A stretch of 63,936 nucleotides of DNA, the filler included, from an uncultured Ignavibacteriales bacterium (GTDB lineage: Bacteria; Zixibacteria; MSB-5A5; GN15; JAAZOE01): the NCBI GenBank assembly GCA_964611355.1. It is 3 parts of 3 records of this genome, joined end to end, with 100 filler letters (N's around TTAATTAATTAA, not from the genome) between each part and the next. Parts side by side here need not be neighbours in the genome. Positions count along the whole stretch, not along the records: positions 1 to 30,763 come from CAZSYD010000028.1; positions 30,864 to 60,889 come from CAZSYD010000029.1; 1 more part is not named here. One strand, written 5' to 3'. This document shows positions 28,342 to 37,611 of the stretch, one piece after another. Numbering within the stretch: position 1 is the first letter of the stretch; each line of letters opens with the position of its first letter. The notes beneath the pieces were generated by a model, which ran no database searches, was not told the origin of the DNA, and worked only from the letters and a program-made list of their open reading frames with translations. A program made the translations under genes and the position numbers.

Positions 28342-28803
28342 ATGTTTGATCCTCGTGATATAATCGGTGAGTTTGATCAGGTAACCCGTATAGTCCACAT
28401 GACGGCTCGAAAGAGAATTACATTCAGAACCATTGAGGAAGGAGCGCTATTAGGGAAGAGGGTCAAGGACATTTTACAGAAATTCCTATCCCCCGGACGA
28501 GGGTATATGATAACTGACTATACCAGGATCGTCATAGAGCCGGATTTGCTTAATCTCTATGCCCACGAAATGAAAGATATTATCGACACTTTTTTATACC
28601 CGCGCGGCATCGCCCGCTATGGCATGGAAATAACCCGTATTACCGCCAAACTCGGCCACCAAGCTTACATCGGCGGCAATCCCAACCTGTTCAACACGCG
28701 GAAAGAGGCCTTTGATTACATACATAAGTTGATTGAAGAGAGAAAGACTTCCGAAGAAGCGCAAACCAAACAGGAAACCAAAAAAATTAAATCGAACGGA
28801 TAA
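28342..28803 (+). CDS. Hypothetical protein, possible STAS/SEC14-like alpha/beta domain
   Basis: GAGAGG RBS; ends LFNTRKEAFDYI, a F..xxEA pattern typical of SpoIIAA-like domains. Confidence 0.6.
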   Translation: MFDPRDIIGEFDQVTRIVHMTARKRITFRTIEEGALLGKRVKDILQKFLSPGRGYMITDYTRIVIEPDLLNLYAHEMKDIIDTFLYPRGIARYGMEITRITAKLGHQAYIGGNPNLFNTRKEAFDYIHKLIEERKTSEEAQTKQETKKIKSNG

Positions 28804-28821
28804 TCAGCCCCGCCAAATAGT

Positions 28822-28850
28822 GCCGCCCTTCCCGGATGAGGGCAGCTTTT
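28822..28850 (+). terminator. Probable intrinsic terminator
   Basis: GCCGCCCT...AGGGCAGC-TTTT between convergent genes. Confidence 0.45.
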
Positions 28851-28895
28851 CCAACCACTGATATTTCATGGTAAGCAGAACTATAAATGCGGTGA

Positions 28896-29720
28896 TTATT
28901 GGTCGGTTCGAGATTTCCGCAGACTATTGATTTCGCCGTTTAATTTTTCCACCGCCGACCGGGCGGCCTGATCGAAATCATCCTCACCAGAGGCATAAAG
29001 CACGGAACGCGATACGTTAATAATCGCCGGTTTTTTGAAGCTGTCGGTGCCCGCTATAACGGCCTTTTTCAGATCGCCACCCTGTGCCCCGACGCCGGGA
29101 ATTAAAATCGGCATATTTTCCGCCACCTGACGAATATTTACCAGTTGCTCAGGGTAAGTGGCTCCGACCACCAGCCCGAGGTTGCCTTCCTTGTTCCACG
29201 AAGCAACCTTATGGGCGACATGAAGATAAAGGGGCTTATATTTAATTTCCTGCCGCTGGAAATCAAGTGCTCCCGGATTTGACGTCAGGCAGAGGACAAA
29301 CGTTCCCTTGTCCTTGTATTCCAGAAAGGGCCGGATTGAATCATACCCCATATAAGGGTTGACGGTTGTCCAGTCGGCGCCGTAAACCTCAAAAACTGCC
29401 CGCGCATAAAACTCGGCCGTATTGCCGATATCGCCCCTTTTGCCGTCAAGGATAATCACTGTTTCACTCGGAATACGACGGCATATCATTTTCAAAAGAG
29501 ACAACCCGTCCGGGCCCAAAGCCTCGTAGAATGCCATGTTTGGTTTATAGGCAGCGACGATATCCGAGGTGGCTTCAATTATACGCGCGGCAAAGCGGAA
29601 AAGCCCTTTCGGGGATTCGTCGCATGACTTTGGTACCCTGCGCAGATCAATGTCCAGTCCCAGGCAAAGCATCGACTTATTTTTTTCGCTGATAGACTGT
29701 AATTTTTTAAGAGCGTTCAT
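28896..29720 (-). CDS. pyrF: Orotidine-5'-phosphate decarboxylase
   Basis: LCLGLD, YKPNMAFYE, LDGKRGDIGNT, VNPYMG, VVGAT, LIPGVGAQGG. Confidence 0.95.
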   Translation of the reverse strand: MNALKKLQSISEKNKSMLCLGLDIDLRRVPKSCDESPKGLFRFAARIIEATSDIVAAYKPNMAFYEALGPDGLSLLKMICRRIPSETVIILDGKRGDIGNTAEFYARAVFEVYGADWTTVNPYMGYDSIRPFLEYKDKGTFVLCLTSNPGALDFQRQEIKYKPLYLHVAHKVASWNKEGNLGLVVGATYPEQLVNIRQVAENMPILIPGVGAQGGDLKKAVIAGTDSFKKPAIINVSRSVLYASGEDDFDQAARSAVEKLNGEINSLRKSRTDQ

Positions 29721-30637
29721 CGTTTATCCCTGACTTTTCCTATGATCTGATTGATCGATGATAATTTTCTCTCCGATAAATAGCGGGAGAGGCCTTTAAT
29801 TATTTTCATGGTGATATCGGGGTCGATAAAATTGGCCGTCCCCACCTGAATACCGCGGGCTCCCGCCAGGTGGAATTCCACCGCGTCGGCCGGAGCGGAT
29901 ATTCCCCCGATGCCGATGACCGGGATATCAACCGCCTGGGCGACTTTGTAAACCATGGCCAGCGCCACCGGCTTGACAGCCGGTCCAGACAATCCGCCGG
30001 TGATATTGGACAGATACGGTTCCCAGTTGTCCACGTTAATAGCCATGCCGACCAGGCTGTTTATGAGTGATACCGCGGCTGCTCCCCCCTTTTGGGCGGC
30101 TCGGGCAATATCAGCAATGGAAGTTACGTTGGGCGACAGCTTGGCGATTATCGGCCGTGAGGTCGCTTCTTTGGCCGCATTTATTATCTTTATCATCATT
30201 GAAGGGTCAGTGCCAAACTCCATTCCGCCCTCATCAACATTGGGACAGGAGACGTTCAGCTCAATCATATCAAAGTCGCCGGCCTTATCAAGGCGGCGGC
30301 ACACTTCAGCATATTCGGCTATCGAGGAGCCGGCGACGCTAACGATGATGACGGTTTTAAGTTTCTTGAGAAATGGCAGTTTTTCATCGATGAGCCGCTC
30401 AACGCCGACATTGGCCATACCGATGGCATTCAACATTCCGGCCGCGGTTTCGCAGGTTCTCGGAGGGGGCTGGCCGGGACGTTCCCTGAGCGTAATCGAC
30501 TTGGTGACGATACCGCCCAGAGCTTCAAGATCAATCAGGTTTTCGAACTCCTCGGCGTACCCGAAGGTCCCCGAGGCAACCATAACCGGATTTTTGAATT
30601 TAATACCGGCTATTTCGATTTGCAGGTTCGGCTTCAA
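29717..30637 (-). CDS. pyrD: Dihydroorotate dehydrogenase, family 1B catalytic subunit
   Basis: KNPVMVASGTFG, TKSIT, ELNVSCPNV, AKLSPN, GGLSGPAVKP. Confidence 0.95.
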   Translation of the reverse strand: MKPNLQIEIAGIKFKNPVMVASGTFGYAEEFENLIDLEALGGIVTKSITLRERPGQPPPRTCETAAGMLNAIGMANVGVERLIDEKLPFLKKLKTVIIVSVAGSSIAEYAEVCRRLDKAGDFDMIELNVSCPNVDEGGMEFGTDPSMMIKIINAAKEATSRPIIAKLSPNVTSIADIARAAQKGGAAAVSLINSLVGMAINVDNWEPYLSNITGGLSGPAVKPVALAMVYKVAQAVDIPVIGIGGISAPADAVEFHLAGARGIQVGTANFIDPDITMKIIKGLSRYLSERKLSSINQIIGKVRDKR

Positions 30638-30762
30638 ATCCGGACCTCACCTATTTTAAACACCGGCCCGTCACGGCAGACGCGCAGATACTGCCCCGGG
30701 TTTTTCAGCGACGGCCTGACACAGCCCAGACAAACGCCAACGCCGCACGGCATCGGCGCTTC
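30634..30762 (-). CDS. pyrK: Dihydroorotate dehydrogenase electron-transfer subunit (C-terminal fragment, cut by contig end)
   Basis: Manual translation EAPMPCGVGVCLGCV...RVCRDGPVF...* gives the 2Fe-2S motif; overlaps the pyrD start. Confidence 0.85.
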   Translation of the reverse strand, partial: EAPMPCGVGVCLGCVRPSLKNPGQYLRVCRDGPVFKIGEVRI

Positions 30763-30763
30763 G

Positions 30764-30863
30764 NNNNNNNNNNNNNNNNNNNNNNNNNNNNNNNNNNNNN
30801 NNNNNNNTTAATTAATTAANNNNNNNNNNNNNNNNNNNNNNNNNNNNNNNNNNNNNNNNNNNN
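30764..30863. other. Artificial contig linker
   Basis: N run with TTAATTAATTAA (stops in all frames). Confidence 0.95.
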
Positions 30864-30897
30864 GCTATCTTCGATTGCAAACGGGGGCGTTGTAATT

Positions 30898-33774
30898 ATG
30901 GATTCGCTTCCCTTCACGCCCTCTCATAGCGCCGATAAATGGGATACTCTCGTTATCCATCCCGATAGTAATGGTGCGCTTCACAGCGACAGAATGGGGA
31001 TAATTTTCAGCGGCTCCGATAATGATTATTGGCTGATTGATCTGAGCGGCGACGATGATATTCCGGGTAATGCCGATGATGATTCGATAGTCTTTGGCAT
31101 AGACAGCTCATACTATGTTTATGGACAGGGTATTGCTGTAGCTGGTATTTATACGGGATACATGAATATTGCGGAATCGTTGATAATCAGGGGTGGTTAT
31201 ATTGTTCATCTGCCTACGGGAGTAGATGAGAATAGTGATTATGATACAAAAGGTAAGGTGGCCGTAAATGCTATCGGGGTCATGGGCTACTATGGAATGA
31301 AAAACTGCGTCTTTGACAGTGTGGCTGAGATTATGGTAAAGGGGTTTGGTTCTACTTCTTGGGGTGGATCAACAGGTTCGCACGGTGTCTATTGTCGTGG
31401 AACGGGGATATTATTTAGAAATACAACTATAAAGACCAGGCATTACGGATATACCAGTCGAATGGCATTCCTGGCCGATGCGGTTAAATATCAACCAGGT
31501 AGTGCTGGCTGTGATGCCCTTACCGGCGATCAAACTTACCATATTAGATTCGAGGATTGCTATATTGATATAATCGGTCATTCCGGGCTTGACCTTTGCG
31601 GTGCCGGAGACAACAATTTTGATTCCCTCTTTGTTGTTCAAGTCGAAGGTTGTACTCTGAAAGTTGATAATAATAATACTTATACTGGTACAGGTTGGAC
31701 AAATGGATGGGGTATTTATTTGAGATTAGCGGGTAGCAATAGTCCATATTTCAGTTATATCAAAGACAATGTATTTTTATCGGGAACCGACTTTGCCGGT
31801 GGACGCGGGATGGAATTGAGAGAAGGTAACGGCAAAAGTGAAGCCGATCACTGGTCTGATACAGTAGAAGTTTCCGGCAACTATTTCGACAATCATCAGG
31901 GATCAGACGTAGAATATTCTACTGTTTGGGGTAGTACTTGTATGAAAATCAGGCGGGGGAATTTCTATTACTGGATACACGATAATACTTTCATAAATAC
32001 CCTTGACAGTACTTATGCCACCGGGGCGAATTATCATCGACATGGGACGGCCGTTACCTACCAGATAGAAATGGATTGGGATGACACCTGGAGAGCGCCA
32101 TATCATCTTACGTTTGAAGATAATGTTTGCAGTCTGCGGGTAGTTCGAGATTCGACGGGTTTTGGCGCGAACAATGCCTATATTTGGGGCGGGGCATTAT
32201 CTATCGGTGCAGTACCCGCATCAGTTACGGAGATGGACACGACCATAAAAATAAGGGATAACTATATTTATTCCGAAGCTGGAACTTGTATTATTTTTGG
32301 TTCTCAATGGGATATGACTGTTCATCATTTTCTATTTGGCCCCAACAATACTCTGGTTATGAACGATGATTCCGGGTTCTCAAAAGCTCCCTACAGCCTT
32401 ATTGGAACAAGCATGTATGGGAATGAAGATATAATCACCAAAGACGCCGTATTTGCCGGAGATGCTTATGATACTTCGGTGTCGCATTACAGCAGGACGA
32501 TGAACATAAATAATGGAGAAGTCCCCTGGGAACTTACTTTTCAGCGGACACTTGAGCTTTATGTGAAGGGCAATAATGGATTGCCAATCTGGGGAGCAAC
32601 GGTTTATTGCCAGGATAAAGACGGCAATACAGTCATAAGTGGAATAACGAACAGCGGGGGAAGAGTTACAGGGATTGTCGATTATTATTACTATAATCGC
32701 AATGAAGCGGATGCCATCCATAACGATTTTGTGATATATGCCGAAGTCGGCGCGGATAATGATACTGATATTTTAACCGTCGCTTGGACGGCTGCTGGTG
32801 GAACCGATACGCTTTATCTGGCAAATACCGTCGGTACCGGCGAATGGGGTTCCGGTGATCCGCCGGGAGATACCATTGCGCCGGCCAGGATCGATGATTT
32901 GGGCGCAGTTCCGGGAACGACGGCGGGGACAATTATCCTCGGATGGACGGCCCCCGGCGACGACGGCAATAGCGGCACCGCCGATTCATATATTATCAGG
33001 TATTCAACAGAGTCTCTCGACGAATCGAACTGGGCATCGGCCGAAACATATGCCGATCCCCCCAACCCGATACCGGCCGGGAACTATCAGTCAATCGTTA
33101 TGACCGGTCTGACCCCCGGTGAGTATTATTATATAGCCGCCAGAGCCAGGGACGATAGCGGCCACGAGTCGGATATCTCAAACATTACCTTTTCCAAGGC
33201 CGGAGCGGAGATAATCAGCGACAAAGGGGATGGAGAAATAGAGTTATCTGCACCGGCGCCGGGAGCGACCGTACTCAGTTCCCGGCCTAACCTGGTTGTT
33301 GTCAATATCGACGAGCAGAGCGATAATATCTATTACTTCGAGGTAGCTACTGATTCGGTTTTTTCGCAAAAGATTGGCATTTCACCTGCCGTCAACCAGC
33401 AACCCGGAGGAAAGACATCGTGGAAGGTTTCCTCTCCGCTGGAAACCGGCAGGATATACTTCTGGCGGGCGAGAGGCAATGATAACCCTTATGATCTTTT
33501 CTCCGCCTTTCAGGTGGAACCGAGCGCCTACGCTTATCCCAACCCGTTCATGCCGGAATCAATGGACAATGTCGTATTCACTGAGATTCCGGCCGGCTCC
33601 AGCCTGATATTGGTTACCGTTTCGGGGGAGGTTATCAGGCGGTGGGCCGACACGGACGGCGCCGATATTATCTGGGACGGCACCACCGAGTCGGGCGAGG
33701 CGGTGGCTTCCGACGTCTATCTCTGGTATCTGGAAGGGACGGGTGCAAAAGGCAAAATCGTTGTGATCAGGTAA
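30898..33774 (+). CDS. Large secreted protein (5'-truncated): putative beta-helix region, FN3 domain, C-terminal FlgD-Ig/T9SS-like sorting domain
   Basis: Repetitive I.DN.F beta-helix-like motifs; DTIAPARIDDL...WTAPGDDG...GLTPGEYYY FN3; AYPNPF...IIWDG...VASDVYL...KIVVIR C-terminus. Confidence 0.75.
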   Translation: MDSLPFTPSHSADKWDTLVIHPDSNGALHSDRMGIIFSGSDNDYWLIDLSGDDDIPGNADDDSIVFGIDSSYYVYGQGIAVAGIYTGYMNIAESLIIRGGYIVHLPTGVDENSDYDTKGKVAVNAIGVMGYYGMKNCVFDSVAEIMVKGFGSTSWGGSTGSHGVYCRGTGILFRNTTIKTRHYGYTSRMAFLADAVKYQPGSAGCDALTGDQTYHIRFEDCYIDIIGHSGLDLCGAGDNNFDSLFVVQVEGCTLKVDNNNTYTGTGWTNGWGIYLRLAGSNSPYFSYIKDNVFLSGTDFAGGRGMELREGNGKSEADHWSDTVEVSGNYFDNHQGSDVEYSTVWGSTCMKIRRGNFYYWIHDNTFINTLDSTYATGANYHRHGTAVTYQIEMDWDDTWRAPYHLTFEDNVCSLRVVRDSTGFGANNAYIWGGALSIGAVPASVTEMDTTIKIRDNYIYSEAGTCIIFGSQWDMTVHHFLFGPNNTLVMNDDSGFSKAPYSLIGTSMYGNEDIITKDAVFAGDAYDTSVSHYSRTMNINNGEVPWELTFQRTLELYVKGNNGLPIWGATVYCQDKDGNTVISGITNSGGRVTGIVDYYYYNRNEADAIHNDFVIYAEVGADNDTDILTVAWTAAGGTDTLYLANTVGTGEWGSGDPPGDTIAPARIDDLGAVPGTTAGTIILGWTAPGDDGNSGTADSYIIRYSTESLDESNWASAETYADPPNPIPAGNYQSIVMTGLTPGEYYYIAARARDDSGHESDISNITFSKAGAEIISDKGDGEIELSAPAPGATVLSSRPNLVVVNIDEQSDNIYYFEVATDSVFSQKIGISPAVNQQPGGKTSWKVSSPLETGRIYFWRARGNDNPYDLFSAFQVEPSAYAYPNPFMPESMDNVVFTEIPAGSSLILVTVSGEVIRRWADTDGADIIWDGTTESGEAVASDVYLWYLEGTGAKGKIVVIR
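32950..33038 (+). repeat. 89-bp repeat, copy 1 (within FN3 domain)
   Basis: 86/89 identical to 37237-37325. Confidence 0.9.
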
Positions 33775-33867
33775 GCTATGGGAAGTTTCCTCACTTTTTT
33801 CTTTCTTACCCGTATTTATAATATATCTTGATGAATAACATGACAGCCTGAAAACCGGAGCAATTGT

Positions 33868-35070
33868 ATGCGAAAGAAATCTGCATTAAGATATTTTCTA
33901 TATGGTTTCATTATCCTGGTAATTGCAATCGCCGGAGCAGTCGCATACAAAATCTACGACGGACATTACAATGTTTGGCTTTATGATTACTATTTCAATC
34001 AAACCCCCAGGGGCGAGCTTGAGGGCATTGTAGATGTCATCTTTGTTAACATCGATCACTGGGAACCGGGGACAAAAGTGCCCGAACGAAACCTCGAAAT
34101 AATCAATACCTGGATGAAAGAATATCGGAAACTGGCGGATAAACATAAAGACAATGACGGAAACAAACTTCAGCATACTTTTTTCTATCCCATCGAACAG
34201 TTTGTCGGGTACCAGGTCGACAGCCTGGTTCGGTTATGCCGGGAAGGTTACGGCGACGTTGAGGTTCACCTGCACCACCAGAACGATACCCCGGAATCTT
34301 TGCGCAGACTCTTTCGCAACGGTATAGATTCGCTGCAAGCGCACGGGGCGCTTATCTCGCCGGACGGCCAAACTCATTTTGGCTTCGTTCACGGCAACTG
34401 GGCGCTGGACAATTCCCGCCTCGAAAACGGAAAGAATTATTGCGGAGTAAACAGCGAATTATCGATTTTATTGGAACTGGGTTGCTATGCGGACTTTACT
34501 TTTCCTGCTCTCAATTCCACCGCTCAGCCGTCTCTGGTGAACAAAATATATTATGCCACCGATGACCCCGACCGCCCCAAATCTTATGATAGCGGGATTC
34601 GAAGCCGAGTGGGGATCGAGACGACACCGGAACAACTGATGATATTCCAGGGCCCGATGATGATAAACTGGAACGACTGGCGGTTTGGATTTCACCCCAC
34701 AATTGACGACGGGGATATTTACAGCGATATNNNNNNNNNNGAGAGGTTTGACGTGTGGGTCAAAGCGGATATTCATGTTTTGGACGGCCCTGACTGGGTA
34801 TTTGTCCGGCCGCATACTCACGGTTGCAGCATCGGAGGTTGCGGTATTGAAGCCAACCTCGGCCCGGCGATGGATGAAATGTTGACGGCTGTTGAAAAAA
34901 AGTATCGCAACGGCAGCAAGTATCGCCTGCATTATATGACTGCTAGGGAGGCGTACAACGTGGTCAGGGCGGCCGAAGACGGCATGACCGGCAACCCCAA
35001 CGACTACAGGGATTATATCATCAAGCCATATCTGTATATTCCGCAGAAACCTGCCGGTAATCTCCGATGA
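33868..35070 (+). CDS. Membrane-anchored putative metal-dependent hydrolase (deacetylase-like), spans a 10-N gap
   Basis: N-terminal TM helix; DHWEP, EVHLHH, HGNWALDNS, GCYADFTFP, HTHG, LHYMTARE. Confidence 0.6.
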   Translation: MRKKSALRYFLYGFIILVIAIAGAVAYKIYDGHYNVWLYDYYFNQTPRGELEGIVDVIFVNIDHWEPGTKVPERNLEIINTWMKEYRKLADKHKDNDGNKLQHTFFYPIEQFVGYQVDSLVRLCREGYGDVEVHLHHQNDTPESLRRLFRNGIDSLQAHGALISPDGQTHFGFVHGNWALDNSRLENGKNYCGVNSELSILLELGCYADFTFPALNSTAQPSLVNKIYYATDDPDRPKSYDSGIRSRVGIETTPEQLMIFQGPMMINWNDWRFGFHPTIDDGDIYSDXXXXERFDVWVKADIHVLDGPDWVFVRPHTHGCSIGGCGIEANLGPAMDEMLTAVEKKYRNGSKYRLHYMTAREAYNVVRAAEDGMTGNPNDYRDYIIKPYLYIPQKPAGNLR

Positions 35071-35133
35071 AACTGAAGATTCCGCCTAAGCGAAAGAATA
35101 ATCGCGCATCTTATACGGGTCCATCTAATTATT

Positions 35134-37091
35134 GTTAGGTATGTGCTTCTTAGGAAAGGATACAATTATGCAGGGATTAGTTGGATTATATTTAAAAAAT
35201 CAATTAAAGAAAGAAAAGTCATTTATACGTAACCAAAAAAGATTCAATAAAATGATTTCTTTTCTTATGGAAGATTCAGATTTAAAATGTGCAAAATTGG
35301 AAAATGAAAATTTATTTTTAGCTATATTTTCACATAAGAATTCCCCAGAATCTTTCGAACCATATTTTCTAAATATTGAGAGTAAACATCTAATTATTGA
35401 CGGATTTATTAAAAATAGAGAAGAAATAATTTCAAATAATATTATTTCCAAAATAAATGTTCCATCTTTTTACTGTCAATGTTCTGGTATATATAACATT
35501 GTATATTATGATGAATCTATTAATGAATTAATTATTGCAAATGATCGACATGGCGCTAGATATTTATACTATTATGAAGATGAAAATTACTTTATTTTTG
35601 CCCCAAATCCTAAAATCATTATGATGAGTGAACTTGTAATAAACAGGCAATTAGATTATGAAGCAATTATTAGTATTCTTTCCCATGAGTATATCATGGG
35701 AGACAGGTCGATTGAAGCGTCTATAAAATTATTGTCTTATGCTTCATTTGTAAGGTTACGAAATAACAAAAAACAAGTTATAAAATATTGGAATTTTGAC
35801 GCATTATCAACTATTAAGCATACAGATAAATATGAAACTATAATTGATAACGGAATCACATTGCTCGAAGATTCAATTTGTTCATATGCCCATGATGATT
35901 CCAAAATAATAGTTCCATTAAGTGGTGGACTTGATTCAAGAACTATATCATGTTTTATTTCAAAAAAGAAGAAAGTTGAAGCATTACATGTGGATTATGG
36001 TTATGAAAAAAAACTTGCGGCGAGAATTGCTAATGAATTGGATATTAATCTAAAAACCTATCCATTAACTTCATTTGACGTAAATTCGATCGAGCCTTTC
36101 ATATTATGCGCTAGTCATTCTATTCATCAATTTTGGATATATAGTTTTTTGAAAAAACATCTTGAATCGACCAACGGAACATTGGTACTGGATGGTTATC
36201 TTATGAATGAAGTAATTGGGGGATTGTCTACAATAAAACAAACGGATTATTCAAATATTAACAAAATATATCCACCTTTAGGGAAAGCGTTTGATTTTAT
36301 CTTGGGTGATAAGATAAAAGATGAATATTATGAAAGACATGATTTGCAAGTAAAAGAGTCGCTCACCAATTGTCCAAGTCATAATGATTATGATAAATAT
36401 TTATACTTTACTACCTTAAATTATGGACGTAGATATACATTATTATTTAGTATCGTTCATCAATATTTGTGCAGTGTTGGTTTACCAATTCTTGATTATG
36501 ATTTTATGGATTTTTGTCATAAGATACCCTTTGAATTGAAAATTAACTCAAAATTGTATCGTGATATGGTTTCAAAATCTTTTCCTGAAATCGCGAAAAT
36601 TCCTTGGTCAAGAAATAGGCTTCCGTTAAATTCAAATAAAAAACAAAGTGCTATATGCGATTATATTAAAAAAATTAACAAAATTAAATATTATATATCT
36701 AGAATAACCAATTCAAAAATAGAAACTTTACCCAAACATAACAAGAATGTAAGGTTTAGAAAAGATAGAAGCTATCGTGAATATTTTATTAATTTTATAC
36801 ATAATGAACAGACTTTTGATAAAGGCTATGTCTCAAGAAGTGGGATTAATAAAATTATTGAATTAATTGATAGTGGACGGAATTATTTTGATTTATTGGA
36901 AAAAGTTGTTCTAATTGAAATATTGTGTCGAGAGTTGGATATATAATTTGACTCTTTATTATTTGAGAAAACCTAACATTGTTTTCAACGCTGACAAAAC
37001 CGCCGTGTTTTAAATCAAGTTCAGTGGTAAAATTGAAAATCCTGAGCATTGTCTCAGTTTCGGTGTAGCGGTTTTGCAGGTTAAACCAGCG
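35134..37091 (+). mobile_element. Putative integron gene cassette carrying the Asn-synthetase-like gene
   Basis: Core GTTAGGT (35134-35140) is exactly complementary to inverse core ACCTAAC (36971-36977); single promoterless ORF; sharp AT shift; attC-like site. Confidence 0.65.
35168..36946 (+). CDS. Asparagine synthetase-like ATP pyrophosphatase/amide ligase, very AT-rich
   Basis: NDRHGARYLYY, PLSGGLDSR PP-loop, PILDYDFMDF; N-terminus MQG lacks the catalytic Cys; AGGAAAGGA RBS. Confidence 0.75.
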   Translation: MQGLVGLYLKNQLKKEKSFIRNQKRFNKMISFLMEDSDLKCAKLENENLFLAIFSHKNSPESFEPYFLNIESKHLIIDGFIKNREEIISNNIISKINVPSFYCQCSGIYNIVYYDESINELIIANDRHGARYLYYYEDENYFIFAPNPKIIMMSELVINRQLDYEAIISILSHEYIMGDRSIEASIKLLSYASFVRLRNNKKQVIKYWNFDALSTIKHTDKYETIIDNGITLLEDSICSYAHDDSKIIVPLSGGLDSRTISCFISKKKKVEALHVDYGYEKKLAARIANELDINLKTYPLTSFDVNSIEPFILCASHSIHQFWIYSFLKKHLESTNGTLVLDGYLMNEVIGGLSTIKQTDYSNINKIYPPLGKAFDFILGDKIKDEYYERHDLQVKESLTNCPSHNDYDKYLYFTTLNYGRRYTLLFSIVHQYLCSVGLPILDYDFMDFCHKIPFELKINSKLYRDMVSKSFPEIAKIPWSRNRLPLNSNKKQSAICDYIKKINKIKYYISRITNSKIETLPKHNKNVRFRKDRSYREYFINFIHNEQTFDKGYVSRSGINKIIELIDSGRNYFDLLEKVVLIEILCRELDI

Positions 37092-37097
37092 CTATGT
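36971..37097 (+). mobile_element. attC-like recombination site (127 bp)
   Basis: ACCTAAC-ATTGTTTTCAACGCTGACAAAACCGC...GCGGTTTTGCAGGTTAAACCAGC-GCTATGT: imperfect palindrome with extrahelical bases; right core degenerate (GCT for GTT). Confidence 0.65.
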
Positions 37098-37125
37098 GCC
37101 CAAAAAATAAAAAGAGAATTACAAA

Positions 37126-37236
37126 ATGTATGCAATTTCTCCAACAGACATAGATTGGTTTCATTACTTACGAACAACAGGTTTCAATTCTCAAATTAAT
37201 TTTTGGACTCCTACCCCTTGGAACGTCTCAAAGCTT
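37126..37236 (+). pseudogene. 5' fragment of a probable HNH/restriction endonuclease gene (next cassette, truncated)
   Basis: MYAISPTDIDWFHYLR...INFWTPTPWN resembles the TDxxW...VNFWxP N-terminus of HNH nucleases; AT-rich; cut at the FN3 repeat. Confidence 0.55.
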
Positions 37237-37325
37237 GCCCCCGGCGACGACGGCAATAGCGGCACTGCCGATTTATATATCATCAGGTATTCAACAGAGT
37301 CTCTCGACGAATCGAACTGGGCATC
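37237..37325 (+). repeat. 89-bp repeat, copy 2 (orphan FN3 fragment)
   Basis: Encodes APGDDGNSGTADLYIIRYSTESLDESNWAS. Confidence 0.9.
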
Positions 37326-37575
37326 CCCTCTGTGCCAATATAAGTGAGATCATATTGAGCAGATCGGGGTTTTTTTCGGCAAACCGGCCCACTACAAAAA
37401 ATACCGCTCGTACCCGGTGATCATGCAGTCGCTTGAGTACTTGTGGCGTTGTTTTCGGATGAGGTCCGTCATCGAAAGTCAAGAGAATGCAGTTTTCGCC
37501 TTTTCGATTCAACCGACGCCTGATCATGCTATTGGGGACAAGCCCCTTGATAATCTTTCTCACCGTGGCCTTCAT
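37326..37575 (-). pseudogene. Truncated NodB/CE4 polysaccharide deacetylase
   Basis: LLTFDDGPHP and AVFFVVG present; the H(S/T)xxH motif and remainder are missing, broken at the repeat junction. Confidence 0.75.
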
Positions 37576-37611
37576 AAGAAAAAACAGTTTATGTTTTATG
37601 TGGCTCAGCTT

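Noticed and set aside
30764..30863. TTAATTAATTAA palindrome in N runs (also 60890-60989)
   Set aside because: Artificial contig-joining linker; genes on either side are not neighbours
35168..36946. Asn-synthetase-like gene as a lasso peptide cyclase
   Set aside because: No precursor, B1/RRE or B2 peptidase nearby; the context is polysaccharide modification
32950..37325. 89-bp near-identical pair as a DGR template/variable repeat
   Set aside because: The three mismatches (C/T, C/T, T/C) are not confined to adenines of one copy on either strand, the repeat is not at the target's 3' end, and no reverse transcriptase is present
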